A stretch of 64,000 bases of DNA. Origin: Auanema rhodensis. Its lineage: Eukaryota > Animalia > Nematoda. The stretch is taken from positions 6,572,001 to 6,636,000 of the forward strand of contig OZ059898.1 in the NCBI GenBank assembly GCA_964057225.1, read 5' to 3'. A model generated the notes under the pieces. That model searched no databases and had not been told where the DNA came from. It saw only the letters and a program-made list of their open reading frames with translations. A program made the position numbers and the translations under genes. Position 1 is the first letter of the stretch; the number at the start of each line of letters is the position of its first letter. Of this stretch, positions 41,483 to 52,378 are shown in pieces.

Positions 41483-42103
41483 GTTTATCAAATGATGCAG
41501 TTTCAAGATGAAAGGCTAGTTACTGCTGCAGTTTGTATGTTTTTGATTTTTGATTTCAAAAGAAATAATTAATTTATAGTATTGGAACCACTTAAGAAAT
41601 GTATTGAATTGACGATTGAATATACAAGAAATCGTTCAATTTTTAACAGTACTGTATTAAATCAACAGGTATTCAATACTAATCTATGAAAATACTTATA
41701 ATAAACTTATATAGATCGTACATTATACTCTGGCTGAGCTACAAACTGAACTAGAAGCATTAAAAGCCTTATTATATGGAACTGTTGCTGCTCGATTAGG
41801 AGGTGAAAATGTGACATTGCAGGCTTCCATGGCTAAACTTAAAGCTGGACGATTAGCTCGCCAGATTACGGATACATGTATGCAGGTAAATAATGGTTTA
41901 ATTAGAATGTATTACTGTATTTTCTAATTAAATTTAATTACTTTATATCTTTCTCCAATTTCTAGTTTTGGGGCGGTCAGGGTTATTTATGGGATAATCC
42001 TATTGTCCAACTTCATCGTGATCTACGTCTTCATTCTATTGGAGCAGGATGTGATCAAGTAATGCTTTCAATAATTTGTAAGCATATGAATACGTTACCA
42101 TAA
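41473..42103 (+). pseudogene. 5'-truncated duplicate of the acyl-CoA dehydrogenase (last four exons, the first truncated)
   Basis: RGFVYQMMQFQDERL...FWGGQGYLWD...IGAGCDQVML..NTLP*; introns retained, so DNA-level copy. Confidence 0.9.
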
Positions 42104-43140
42104 TATTATATAATAACTTGTATATATATTCATCAATATATTATATATTTTACTAATTGAATGTAAGATTTTTTATAATGATTTCAACTTTTTTCTTCTT
42201 TATAGAATTATTTAAATCTCAAGAGAAAATGATTTTTGTCATCATAAACAATCACATTTATCAAAAAAAATTGTTTATTTGATTCAATATCGTTAATTAT
42301 CTTCATCTAGAACATCGTAGAACCTTCGAGTTTATAATGTTTTTTTAAAAAATAATATGGAGAGTTGAAGAAGAAATAGCTAAAACCAATTTTTCTGAAA
42401 ACTATCTTCATGATACTAGAACATATATGGTTATAAGCCAATATGAAGCATTTATTACATTGCTTTAATATTGAAAATATTGTTAAAGGATTCGTATAAG
42501 TGTTTGGTGATTTTATCCATTTTTCATCTGTTTTTCAGAATGATTATCTCTTCCCTGTACCTACATAGATGATTTGAGGTTTCAGAATATATTTATATAA
42601 ATTATTATAATTGTTTTTAATAAATAACATTCATACTGTAAGTAGTGAAACAAAAAAAATATCTAAAAATAACATCATCATGAAGTTGATGACTAAAGCT
42701 AAATGAACTAAATGTAAATGACAAATCATATGAGACATTGAACTTTACATTTTAATAAATCAACATTATAATGTAAATAACTATACATATATATTATTAT
42801 TATTATTATTATTTTATTATTATTATAATAAAAAATATTTTTATTATTCTTAAATGATTCAAACAAACTTTATCAAATATTCTTCACTCTGAATGTTTCT
42901 ATTTTATATATGTATATAGTAAAATATTAAAAGTTCAAAAGCAATTATAAGTTGAAAAAGGACATTTTCCCATTTCTAATAATATTTGAATAAATTTCTT
43001 TCAGAAAAAAGTATAGAATCTCTCAAGCTCTTCATTCAAATGAACAAACAACAATCTTTATTGATCGTTGAACTCAAATTATTTTATTTTACAAGAGAAT
43101 ATTACAATATAATATTTCTATATTAATATTATTTTTTGTC
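41473..43140 (+). repeat. Left arm of 1,668-bp inverted duplication (reverse complement of 50256-51923)
   Basis: Both ends map exactly, lengths are equal, and internal spot checks are identical. Confidence 0.95.
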
Positions 43141-44090
43141 ATTTATAATACAAACTATATATATAGTTTTATTAATTATTATGTTACTTTGTATATAAAT
43201 TGATTAATCTTCTTTCAGTTTTTTCATTAAAAACAATGATAATTTGGGTTTGAGCTTTGATTTTTTTAAAATAACTAATGACAAGTAATAACAAAGATAT
43301 ACGGTAGAATAGAAAATTAAAGTAAATATATGTATGAACTTATTGCTAGATATAACTAGAAACTGATAACGATGTGATGCTTATGAATTCTGAATAGAAA
43401 CATCACAAAGTTTTTTTATTTTGTGAGAATTTCTAAATCATTTTATTCTTTTTTTTTCTTCTAATTTCTATAGTTCATCTTTCAATTCGTTCTTGATGAT
43501 ATTTGATATTTAGATCCTCGTGTGCTCCTATTGATATAAATCTTTGAAAAGTCACAACAACCACCAAACACGAATTTCTCACGTTTCATGTCCTAATATA
43601 ATAATTAAAAGTAAGTTTACAGCAGTTTATTTTTATTATATAAATATATATATAGATAATATCTATTTAAAGGTTTTTAATTGAATAAAGATTAAATGTT
43701 ATAGTTAAGGATATTAATAATCCATATTAATATATATTTGGATAAATTATGTTTTATGATGTAATACTAAAAATATTTTGTGTATTTCAAATTAAATTAT
43801 ACTTATAATAAATAAATGAATTAAAGAAATAATATAATGACATATACTTTTTGACGTAACAATTTATTAGAAAACGGAAACTGTTTTTATTATATTATAT
43901 ATTAGTATAGGAATGAGGGATTATACTACCATTTTCGACTTTTACAGTCATTTCAATACATTTTCATTCTCTGAAGTCACTATAAAGCCTCATTTACAAC
44001 ACTTTCTTGAAAAAACGGGTGAAATGAGTAAATTTTAAGTCTTAAAAAGTGCTCATTTTCAATAATTTTTACGGGGATTTTAGACCCATT

Positions 44091-44485
44091 GGTTCTTTTT
44101 CCGTTTCTATACCCCCCGATTTTAGCCCCGCCCCTTTTGCCGTTGGGCGCATACTTTTCTACCATTCGGCTTCCCTTCCTAAAGCTCCAAAAGAACGGCT
44201 TCTTACTGAAGCAGATGCCATTCAATTCTTGCAAGAAAAAGGTATAGTCTTTGAGACTAACGAATGTGAGCGATGTTAACGAAAAATGAGTCTTTCTTTT
44301 GCTCGAAATAAGTGGAGATGTACCATAAAAGACTGTAGAAGGGATATTCTAAAAAGAATGGAACATTTGTGGCTATCTGGATACCACCGTATCTCATATA
44401 GGTATCACATTTTAATAAAAGTATGTGCCAAACGGCAAAAGGGGCGGGGCTTAAGACGGGGGGGTATAGAAACGGAAAAAGCGCC
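44091..44485 (+). mobile_element. Non-autonomous Merlin (IS1016/ISXO2-like) element, 395 bp
   Basis: 8-bp TSD GACCCATT (44083-44090, 44486-44493); about 70-bp imperfect TIRs with GG...CC ends; internal remnant EADAIQFLQEKGI...CERC..M.L....WRC....CR resembling the Merlin N-terminal Zn ribbon. Confidence 0.8.
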
Positions 44486-44521
44486 GACCCATTTTTTGAT
44501 TGGATGTTGATTTCAATTTTC

Positions 44522-44855
44522 ATGCCTAAATACTCGAAAAATTTTTTAAAACCTCTGAATCCACTAACTAACTTCGAACTCATAGAATTAGCAGAAATAT
44601 TGGGAATCAAGGATTTTAGAAGAGTCTTTATAAGAGATACTTTACCTTCTAAGATTAAAGAAAGAGAAGTAGGAATTCTAAATCTTGACTTGAGTAATAA
44701 TAAGGGTACTCATTGGGTTTGTTACTCCAGGAAATATAAAAATTGTTATTACTTTGACTCCTTTGGATTAGATCCTCCAGGAGAACTTCAATATTTAACA
44801 AGATCTAAATAAATAGCAATTATTAAATAAATTTCAAGTCCAAAAGATATCGATT
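44522..44855 (+). pseudogene. Maverick adenain-type cysteine protease, C-terminally truncated
   Basis: PLTNFELIELAEILGI..F..VF.RD.LP....E.GILNLD.S...GTHWVCY....YYFDSFGLDPP; catalytic His and Asp present, FQVQ remnant after the stop, catalytic Cys segment not found. Confidence 0.85.
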
Positions 44856-45067
44856 GTTTAAAAGTGATATAATTAAAAACCCCTCTGTAAATGATGAAAC
44901 AATATGAAATAAAGTTATTAAATAACAAGTTTAAATATAAATGTTGTGAAGTGTGATTTCGGAACGAGTGTTTCACTTATTGAGAGCCTTAACATCTAAC
45001 TAGTACAGTTATAATTAGAAGGGGAGCATTATAATCTTATGGGTCGGGTCAGAGCCCAACAATAAAG

Positions 45068-46988
45068 TTACTTTTTCATGAGTAGGAAAGATTCTTCTGC
45101 CCAATCCAAATCGATCGTTAATCCTTTTCGCATCAAATTCATTCCGAGAACATTCACATCTGCGAAATTACCATGAGAAGTCCGGCATTCAATTTTTATC
45201 GATTCATCCTGAAAGTTAATCATTACACTTAAAATAAAGAAAGCAAACCTGTATATTAGGTACCGGAAAAAGTAATCGACGTTTTGAACCTTTGCATTAA
45301 ACTACAAAATTTTTTTTAAAAAATAAGTTTATTCTACAAAATTATCACCATCACAATTTATTGTTTTTTCCCAACGTTCTACAAGATTATTCATTCCACG
45401 TGAAAAAAAGTCTAGGGTTTTAGAGGCAAAAAATGTGTTGAGTTCAGTTTTGAGCTCGATTTCATTTGAAAAAGTTTTGTTACATAAAAAGTTAGAGAGT
45501 GAAAGAAACAAGTGATAGTCAGTGGGTGAAAGATCTGGGCTGTAAGGTGGGTGTGGTAAAAGACTCCATCCAACGCTTTCTATCTTGTTCCGAGTCTCAA
45601 TTGCAATGTGAGGCCTTGCGTTGTCCTGAAGCAGTAGAACTCCGTTCCTGTAGACTAAAGCCGGGCGAAGTTTGATGAGTTTTTCATGAACTATGTCTAT
45701 CTGAGCACAATATGCTGTTCTATCGATAGTTCTCTCTTTTGGCAAATAATCTACGTGAACAATTCCTTGTGTAGTCCACCATACAGTAATCATATATTTT
45801 TATGATGTTAGTGTCTTCTTAGCTATGGTTCCTGCCGGTTCTCCTCGTTGAACCCATTGTGCTGATCTTCTGGAGTTATCGTATTCAACCCATTTTTTAT
45901 CACAGGCGAGAATACGATTGATAAAAGGGTCCTGACAAATCATAGAGAGTAGAGAAGCAGCTATAGTCAGGCGAGTCAACTTGTTATCTTCAGAGAGAGT
46001 ATGTGGAATCCATTTGTCGAGCTTTTTAATGTAGTTTAACTCATGTAGACGCTTTCTAACTGTAGATTCATCACAATTCAAATCTCTACATAGTTCCTGA
46101 CAAGTTGCTCTTGGTTTTTCGTGAATTATCTTTTTCAACTTTCCATCATCTAGTATTCTTGGTCGACCGAGACGTTGTTCATCTTCAAGGTCTTCATTTC
46201 CTGTTTTAAATCTTCTGAACCAGAATCTTGCCACTCCGTCACTCATCACCGAATACTCTTCTAATTTTTCGATCAGCTTCAAAAGCTTTAAGATTGTTCT
46301 TAAATTCATAAAGCAGAACTAAGCGAATTGTAACACTCGAGTAGACCATTTTCAATCTTCAAAAAAATAATTTTATTCAGAATATATGATCACTACACAT
46401 GCATAAAATAATTATATATAAAGAGTAGTTATTTAAGCTGTTTATACTTTTATAATTAATTTTATTATATCCCGCCAAATATATAAAAAATGACTATTTG
46501 AATTTGAAACGTCGATTACTTTTTCCGGTACCTAATATAAAGAATATGGAGATCCCGGAGTGATTTTGCACTAAGGAATGTATCAGGCGCCCCGGAGTCA
46601 AGAAGAAACCATACATTGTACGCTCTGGATTTCAAACTGCCTAAAAGTTAACATTGTTATATCTAAGTTATCATAACCCCTACCTGAATGCTTGCAGACA
46701 AGGGGAACCATTAAACGGATATTTTCTCCGTGTATTCTACCCTTGACTGGGAATGGTGGCTGGAGGAATGACGCAGAAGACAAGTGCTCTACGTTGTTAT
46801 CGGCTCCAATCTAAGAACATAAATATTAGATAAAATAGCTAAAAACACCCTACATCGAATAGCTCCTTTTCGTCAATGTCGGTCAGGAAAACATCAAAGT
46901 GTTTGTGAGAAACAAACTTTCCATCATCGTCGAAGCTCTAAAAATGATAAATTAATTGGGAGAAAAGTTTTAATTCTACATATATCAT
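45068..46988 (-). pseudogene. Five-exon retropepsin-like (clan AA) aspartic protease cargo gene, ~156 aa, interrupted by a mariner
   Basis: Spliced: MIY|SFDDDGKFVSHKHFDVFLTDIDEKELFD|IGADNNVEHLSSASFLQPPFPVKGRIHGENIRLMVPLVCKHS|GSLKSRAYNVWFLLDSGAPDTFLSAKSLRDLHIL[mariner]YIQ|DESIKIECRTSHGNFADVNVLGMNLMRKGLTIDLDWAEESFLLMKK*; DSG and VLG motifs; four canonical ~40-nt introns. Confidence 0.85.
45256..46535 (-). mobile_element. Full-length mariner (DD34D) transposon, 1,280 bp, transposase disrupted
   Basis: TIR TTAGGTACCGGAAAAAGTAATCGACGTTT at both ends with TA TSD; WIPHTL, ACDKKW, QDNARPH, YSPDLSPTDYHLF. Confidence 0.95.
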
Positions 46989-47340
46989 TTTTTCAAAATC
47001 TAAAGCAAAGCAAAAATAGAAAATAAATTAGAACGACAAGTTCAAATAGACCAAGTTTTTGTAAGCTTAAAAAATGAAAAGGATCCTGATTTAACTCTAA
47101 TCTGATCTTCCGACGTGTATCAGTACTAATTGACTATAGTGAAAGTTTTAAATAGATAAAAGCATATTATAATCCATGCAAATTTACCACGAGATGCCGC
47201 TTTCCAAGAATATTCCACGGATCGTTCGTTGAAACACCTTTAAATCGTCGTGTGGCGGCACACATCAAAACTCCAAGCGGTCAAAAAGCCATCGGCGAGT
47301 TAGGTCGAACCTAAATCTTCTCGAAGGTGTTGGCAAAGAG

Positions 47341-47349
47341 GTATAAAAG
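47341..47349 (+). promoter_or_regulatory. TATA box (GTATAAAAG) upstream of a degenerate spliced gene
   Basis: Exact nematode-type TATA consensus, followed by exon/intron-like sequence. Confidence 0.4.
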
Positions 47350-47734
47350 GACAAAGTGTCTCAATTAAAAACGATTTGTGTCGCAGAATTTCTTCAGTTT
47401 GTGTGTTGTTATTGCATTTTGAAGATGTTTTTTTCAAAAGTTCAATATTTTCTTATAAGATGGAGGATGCTTCTCGTGTCAAGAAATCTATACTTCTCCA
47501 ATAGTGAACAGAAAGAACTGGTAAGGCTATTCTGTTTGATACACTAGACTATTAATTATTTGTAGGTTTTACTACAAAATCAATTTAATGAAATTGGCGA
47601 ATCTCTTCAAACAGCGAAAGATGTGTTCACTGACAAAATATTTTATTATGTTTAACGAGGAGAAAGATTCAAGACGGTATGCTGAAAAGGTAAGTCAAAA
47701 AGACCAAAGACTAAACAACTTCGAATAAGATATA

Positions 47735-48470
47735 TTAGGTGTGTAAGTTAAAACGCGGCCACCGGTTAGAATTTGAAAAAATTATGCTAATTTTACAAAA
47801 TTTGAATATATTTAAATAGAATAAAACCAAAAAAAGTTGAAAAATTTAATTTTTTTTTGCGTTTTTCGTTATGGATGTAACGCATATGCGCCACGTCCTT
47901 TTTTCTCATTTTGAAAGTGGTGTTTCTGCTCATGAAGCCTACCAAAAAATGAGAGCTGTATATGGAGATTCTTCTCCAGTCTACAGCACATGTAAAAAGT
48001 GGTTCGCCCGCTTCAAATCCGGCGAGATCGATCTTGCAGATCGTCTGCGGCCAGATGCCGTTCAGAAGTTTAGTGATTCTGACCTTCAGAATGCTCTCGA
48101 TTAGAATCCTGGAGCAACCCAACTCCAGATCGGGAAAAAACTGAAAGTCAGCAGAGTTGCTGTTTCACTTCGGCTCAAAAAAATGAGGAAAATTCATAAA
48201 TTTTCTCCATTTTCCCCGCATCTCCTGTCTGAGAGCAATTCAAAACAAGAGTTGATTCGGCTCAAAATCTTCTGAATTTAAGCCAAAATTTTTCGAGTCT
48301 AAATCTAAAATATTTTTCAGAAATGGAATCAGAAATTTTAAGAAGAGATGGGAGAAAGTGATCGAAAGCGAGGGACAATATTTTCAGAAATAAATTCTTT
48401 TCTTTTTGAACAGTTTTTTTGATTTTTTAGACATGACACACTATAGCCGCGTTTTAACTTACACACCTAA
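47735..48470 (+). mobile_element. Internally deleted mariner, 736 bp
   Basis: TIR TTAGGTGTGTAAGTTAAAACGCGGC with TA TSD; N-terminal HTH MRHVLFSHF...WFARFKSG; C-terminal FFRNGI...RWEKVIESEGQYF; catalytic core absent. Confidence 0.93.
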
Positions 48471-48831
48471 TATTTCAGCAGGAAATGTTAAATGAGCAAT
48501 CGAAATTCTGAGACAAAAGTCTATGTAACGACTAGAAGAATCTTCACCGGAAAGGGAGAAAGTGAATAATCATAGATTTTTAATTTTTTGTTATTTCATG
48601 TTTGTTGTTATTTTATCTTTTTTGTTTATTTTGAAAAACCAAAAAAAAATCCTATTTGATTGAAGTCAAGTGAAAAAAGTTAATACCTCTGGTGAGGTAG
48701 CCATGTTTGGGGTTCATGGCTAGGTGGAAGTGAATTCACTTTCTAGTGCAGACATCCATTTTCACTGAACGTCCCCCATTTCACAAAATCAAATAAGATA
48801 TTTGTAGCCAAAAAATTTTAATTTCTAAATT

Positions 48832-50120
48832 ATGCAATTGGTTTACTGTTTCAAATGTAAAAAATATACTGATACTACTGACATATTTAATGTTGAAACA
48901 AGCTCGAAACGTTCTATGATAAAAGGGTTATGCCAAGATTGTAAAACAATGAAGTGTAAGCTAATTCCAACAATCACAGGAGGTTCTGGATTAGGAGATA
49001 TCAAGGAGGTTAAAATTAGTGAAAAATCTAAATTTCTTAGACAATCCACAAGTTCCGAAGGTGAAAGAGATCTTTTAGAAAAAGCTTATTATTCTCCTAA
49101 AACAGGATTTTGTGGTATCAATGAGCTATCAAGAGTAGCAAAGGTGTCACAGAAAAAGGTTAAAGAGTTCCTAAATGAACAAGATGTTTACACTCTACAC
49201 AAACCAGCTAGGAAGAACTTCAAGAGTCAAAGAGTTTACTTCAATGGAATTGATAATCAATGGCAATCAGATCTCGTAGAAATGCAAAGGTATTCAGAAG
49301 AAAATGATGGCTTCAGGTATCTTCTAACTATCATAGATTGTTTTAGTAAGTTTGAATGGGTAGTACCTCTTAAGAGTAAACGTGGTAAAGAAACTGCAGA
49401 TGCTTTGGAATCTATATTTACAAAAAGTGAAAGACTTCCTAAAAAGATGCAAACTGACAATGGTAAGGAGTATTATAATAAAGAAACGAATAAACTTTTC
49501 AAAAAATTAGAAATTAATTACTTCTCAAGTTATTCGGATCAGAAAGCTTCTATTATCAAAAGGTTTAATAGAACCTGAAAGAAAATGTTTACTCATCAAG
49601 GAAATCACAAATGGATAGATATCCTTGATGATCTTGTTAGTGGATATAACAATCATTATCATACTTCAATTAAAATGACTCCAATAGAAGCTTCAAAAAT
49701 AGAAAATGAAAGTATTGTCTACAATAATCTATTTCCTATAAAACATAATTTTGAGGAAATTCTAAAAAATTCTAAATTCAAAATAGGAGACACGTCAGAA
49801 TTACAAAGTATAAAGCTATTTTCGATAAAGGATATCAAATTGGAGTACTGAAGAATTTAAGATTTCAGAAGTCCATCCTTCTTTGGAAGGACCAACAATG
49901 TATTTCATCAAAGATTTATCAGATGAAGAAATAAAAGGTAAATTCTATAAAGAAGAACTTAACTTTATAATAATACTAATGAAGAATATAAAATTGAAAA
50001 AATCTTGAAGAAAAGAACTAGAAAAGAAAATAGAAAGAAATTTAAAGAAATATTTGTTAAATGGTATATGATATCCAGATAAATTTAATTCTTGGCTTCC
50101 AGAGGAAGATTTAAAATCTT
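48832..50120 (+). pseudogene. Maverick integrase (rve) with N-terminal C4 Zn ribbon and C-terminal chromodomain
   Basis: YCFKCKK...GLCQDC; YYSPKTGFCG, YTLHKPARK, WQSDLVEM, YLLTIIDCFSK, QTDNGKEY, IIKRFNRT (catalytic E to K), YNN.YHTSIKMTP; chromodomain YKIEKILKKR...FVKW..YPDKFNSWLPEEDL; several frameshifts. Confidence 0.9.
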
Positions 50121-50255
50121 ATAAAGATCAGAAGTGTCAATATATTTCAATTCGAAATGAGTTCAATTCCAGGATCGTATCAAAAAGAAAAAGAAGAATA
50201 TTATAAAAGACAACAAGAACAAATCCAAAAGGATCGAGAACTTCGTGAGCGAAAA

Positions 50256-51923
50256 GACAAAAAATAATATTAATATAGAAATATTATATTGTAATATTCT
50301 CTTGTAAAATAAAATAATTTGAGTTCAACGATCAATAAAGATTGTTGTTTGTTCATTTGAATGAAGAGCTTGAGAGATTCTATACTTTTTTCTGAAAGAA
50401 ATTTATTCAAATATTATTAGAAATGGGAAAATGTCCTTTTTCAACTTATAATTGCTTTTGAACTTTTAATATTTTACTATATACATATATAAAATAGAAA
50501 CATTCAGAGTGAAGAATATTTGATAAAGTTTGTTTGAATCATTTAAGAATAATAAAAATATTTTTTATTATAATAATAATAAAATAATAATAATAATAAT
50601 AATATATATGTATAGTTATTTACATTATAATGTTGATTTATTAAAATGTAAAGTTCAATGTCTCATATGATTTGTCATTTACATTTAGTTCATTTAGCTT
50701 TAGTCATCAACTTCATGATGATGTTATTTTTAGATATTTTTTTTGTTTCACTACTTACAGTATGAATGTTATTTATTAAAAACAATTATAATAATTTATA
50801 TAAATATATTCTGAAACCTCAAATCATCTATGTAGGTACAGGGAAGAGATAATCATTCTGAAAAACAGATGAAAAATGGATAAAATCACCAAACACTTAT
50901 ACGAATCCTTTAACAATATTTTCAATATTAAAGCAATGTAATAAATGCTTCATATTGGCTTATAACCATATATGTTCTAGTATCATGAAGATAGTTTTCA
51001 GAAAAATTGGTTTTAGCTATTTCTTCTTCAACTCTCCATATTATTTTTTAAAAAAACATTATAAACTCGAAGGTTCTACGATGTTCTAGATGAAGATAAT
51101 TAACGATATTGAATCAAATAAACAATTTTTTTTGATAAATGTGATTGTTTATGATGACAAAAATCATTTTCTCTTGAGATTTAAATAATTCTATAAAGAA
51201 GAAAAAAGTTGAAATCATTATAAAAAATCTTACATTCAATTAGTAAAATATATAATATATTGATGAATATATATACAAGTTATTATATAATATTATGGTA
51301 ACGTATTCATATGCTTACAAATTATTGAAAGCATTACTTGATCACATCCTGCTCCAATAGAATGAAGACGTAGATCACGATGAAGTTGGACAATAGGATT
51401 ATCCCATAAATAACCCTGACCGCCCCAAAACTAGAAATTGGAGAAAGATATAAAGTAATTAAATTTAATTAGAAAATACAGTAATACATTCTAATTAAAC
51501 CATTATTTACCTGCATACATGTATCCGTAATCTGGCGAGCTAATCGTCCAGCTTTAAGTTTAGCCATGGAAGCCTGCAATGTCACATTTTCACCTCCTAA
51601 TCGAGCAGCAACAGTTCCATATAATAAGGCTTTTAATGCTTCTAGTTCAGTTTGTAGCTCAGCCAGAGTATAATGTACGATCTATATAAGTTTATTATAA
51701 GTATTTTCATAGATTAGTATTGAATACCTGTTGATTTAATACAGTACTGTTAAAAATTGAACGATTTCTTGTATATTCAATCGTCAATTCAATACATTTC
51801 TTAAGTGGTTCCAATACTATAAATTAATTATTTCTTTTGAAATCAAAAATCAAAAACATACAAACTGCAGCAGTAACTAGCCTTTCATCTTGAAACTGCA
51901 TCATTTGATAAACAAATCCCCGT
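50256..51923 (-). repeat. Right arm of 1,668-bp inverted duplication
   Basis: Reverse complement of 41473-43140. Confidence 0.95.
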
Positions 51924-52322
51924 CCTTCATCTCCAATTATATTTCGTGATGGTACCTGTTACTCAAAACATTTTCCAAAACTCCTTTGTGCACAACTTAC
52001 TCTAACATCATCAAAAAAAATTTCTGCTGTGTCGGAAGATTGCATGCCGAGCTTCTTCACCCGAGCCGTACGATGAATACCTGAATTAGAGATAAGTAAG
52101 TAGATAGACATTTCCATGAAATCATGCCTGGTTCATCAAGCCGAACACAAACAAGACTTTTATTGCGATGTAATGATGGATGTTGATTAGTATTAACAAG
52201 TATACATGCCCAGTCTGCCTATGTTATACTTTTTTAATTAAACATTAATAATAATATAATTTAAAAATTTAATATTATAATAAAAGTTTATATATACAGA
52301 TAGAGAGATAGAGAGAGATAGA

Positions 52323-52378
<56 letters not shown>

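Larger units (their letters stand above)
43901..50255 (+). mobile_element. Degenerate Maverick/Polinton (adintovirus-like) relic with cargo and nested transposons
   Basis: ATTAGT/AGTAGT terminus, adenain-type protease, Zn-ribbon + rve integrase + chromodomain; no pPolB, ATPase or capsid visible. Confidence 0.85.

Noticed and set aside
44423-44521. N-terminal extension of the protease ORF, and ORFs 43980-44610
   Set aside because: These read through the Merlin TIR/TSD and terminal repeat and are not part of the protease
45068-46988. Naming the cargo as a published Maverick cargo family or an LTR-retroelement protease
   Set aside because: Cannot verify homology without a search; no gag, RT or LTR nearby, and the gene has four introns
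41473-51923. The 1,668-bp inverted arms as Maverick TIRs
   Set aside because: They consist of host acyl-CoA dehydrogenase exons, introns and 3' flank, and lack element termini
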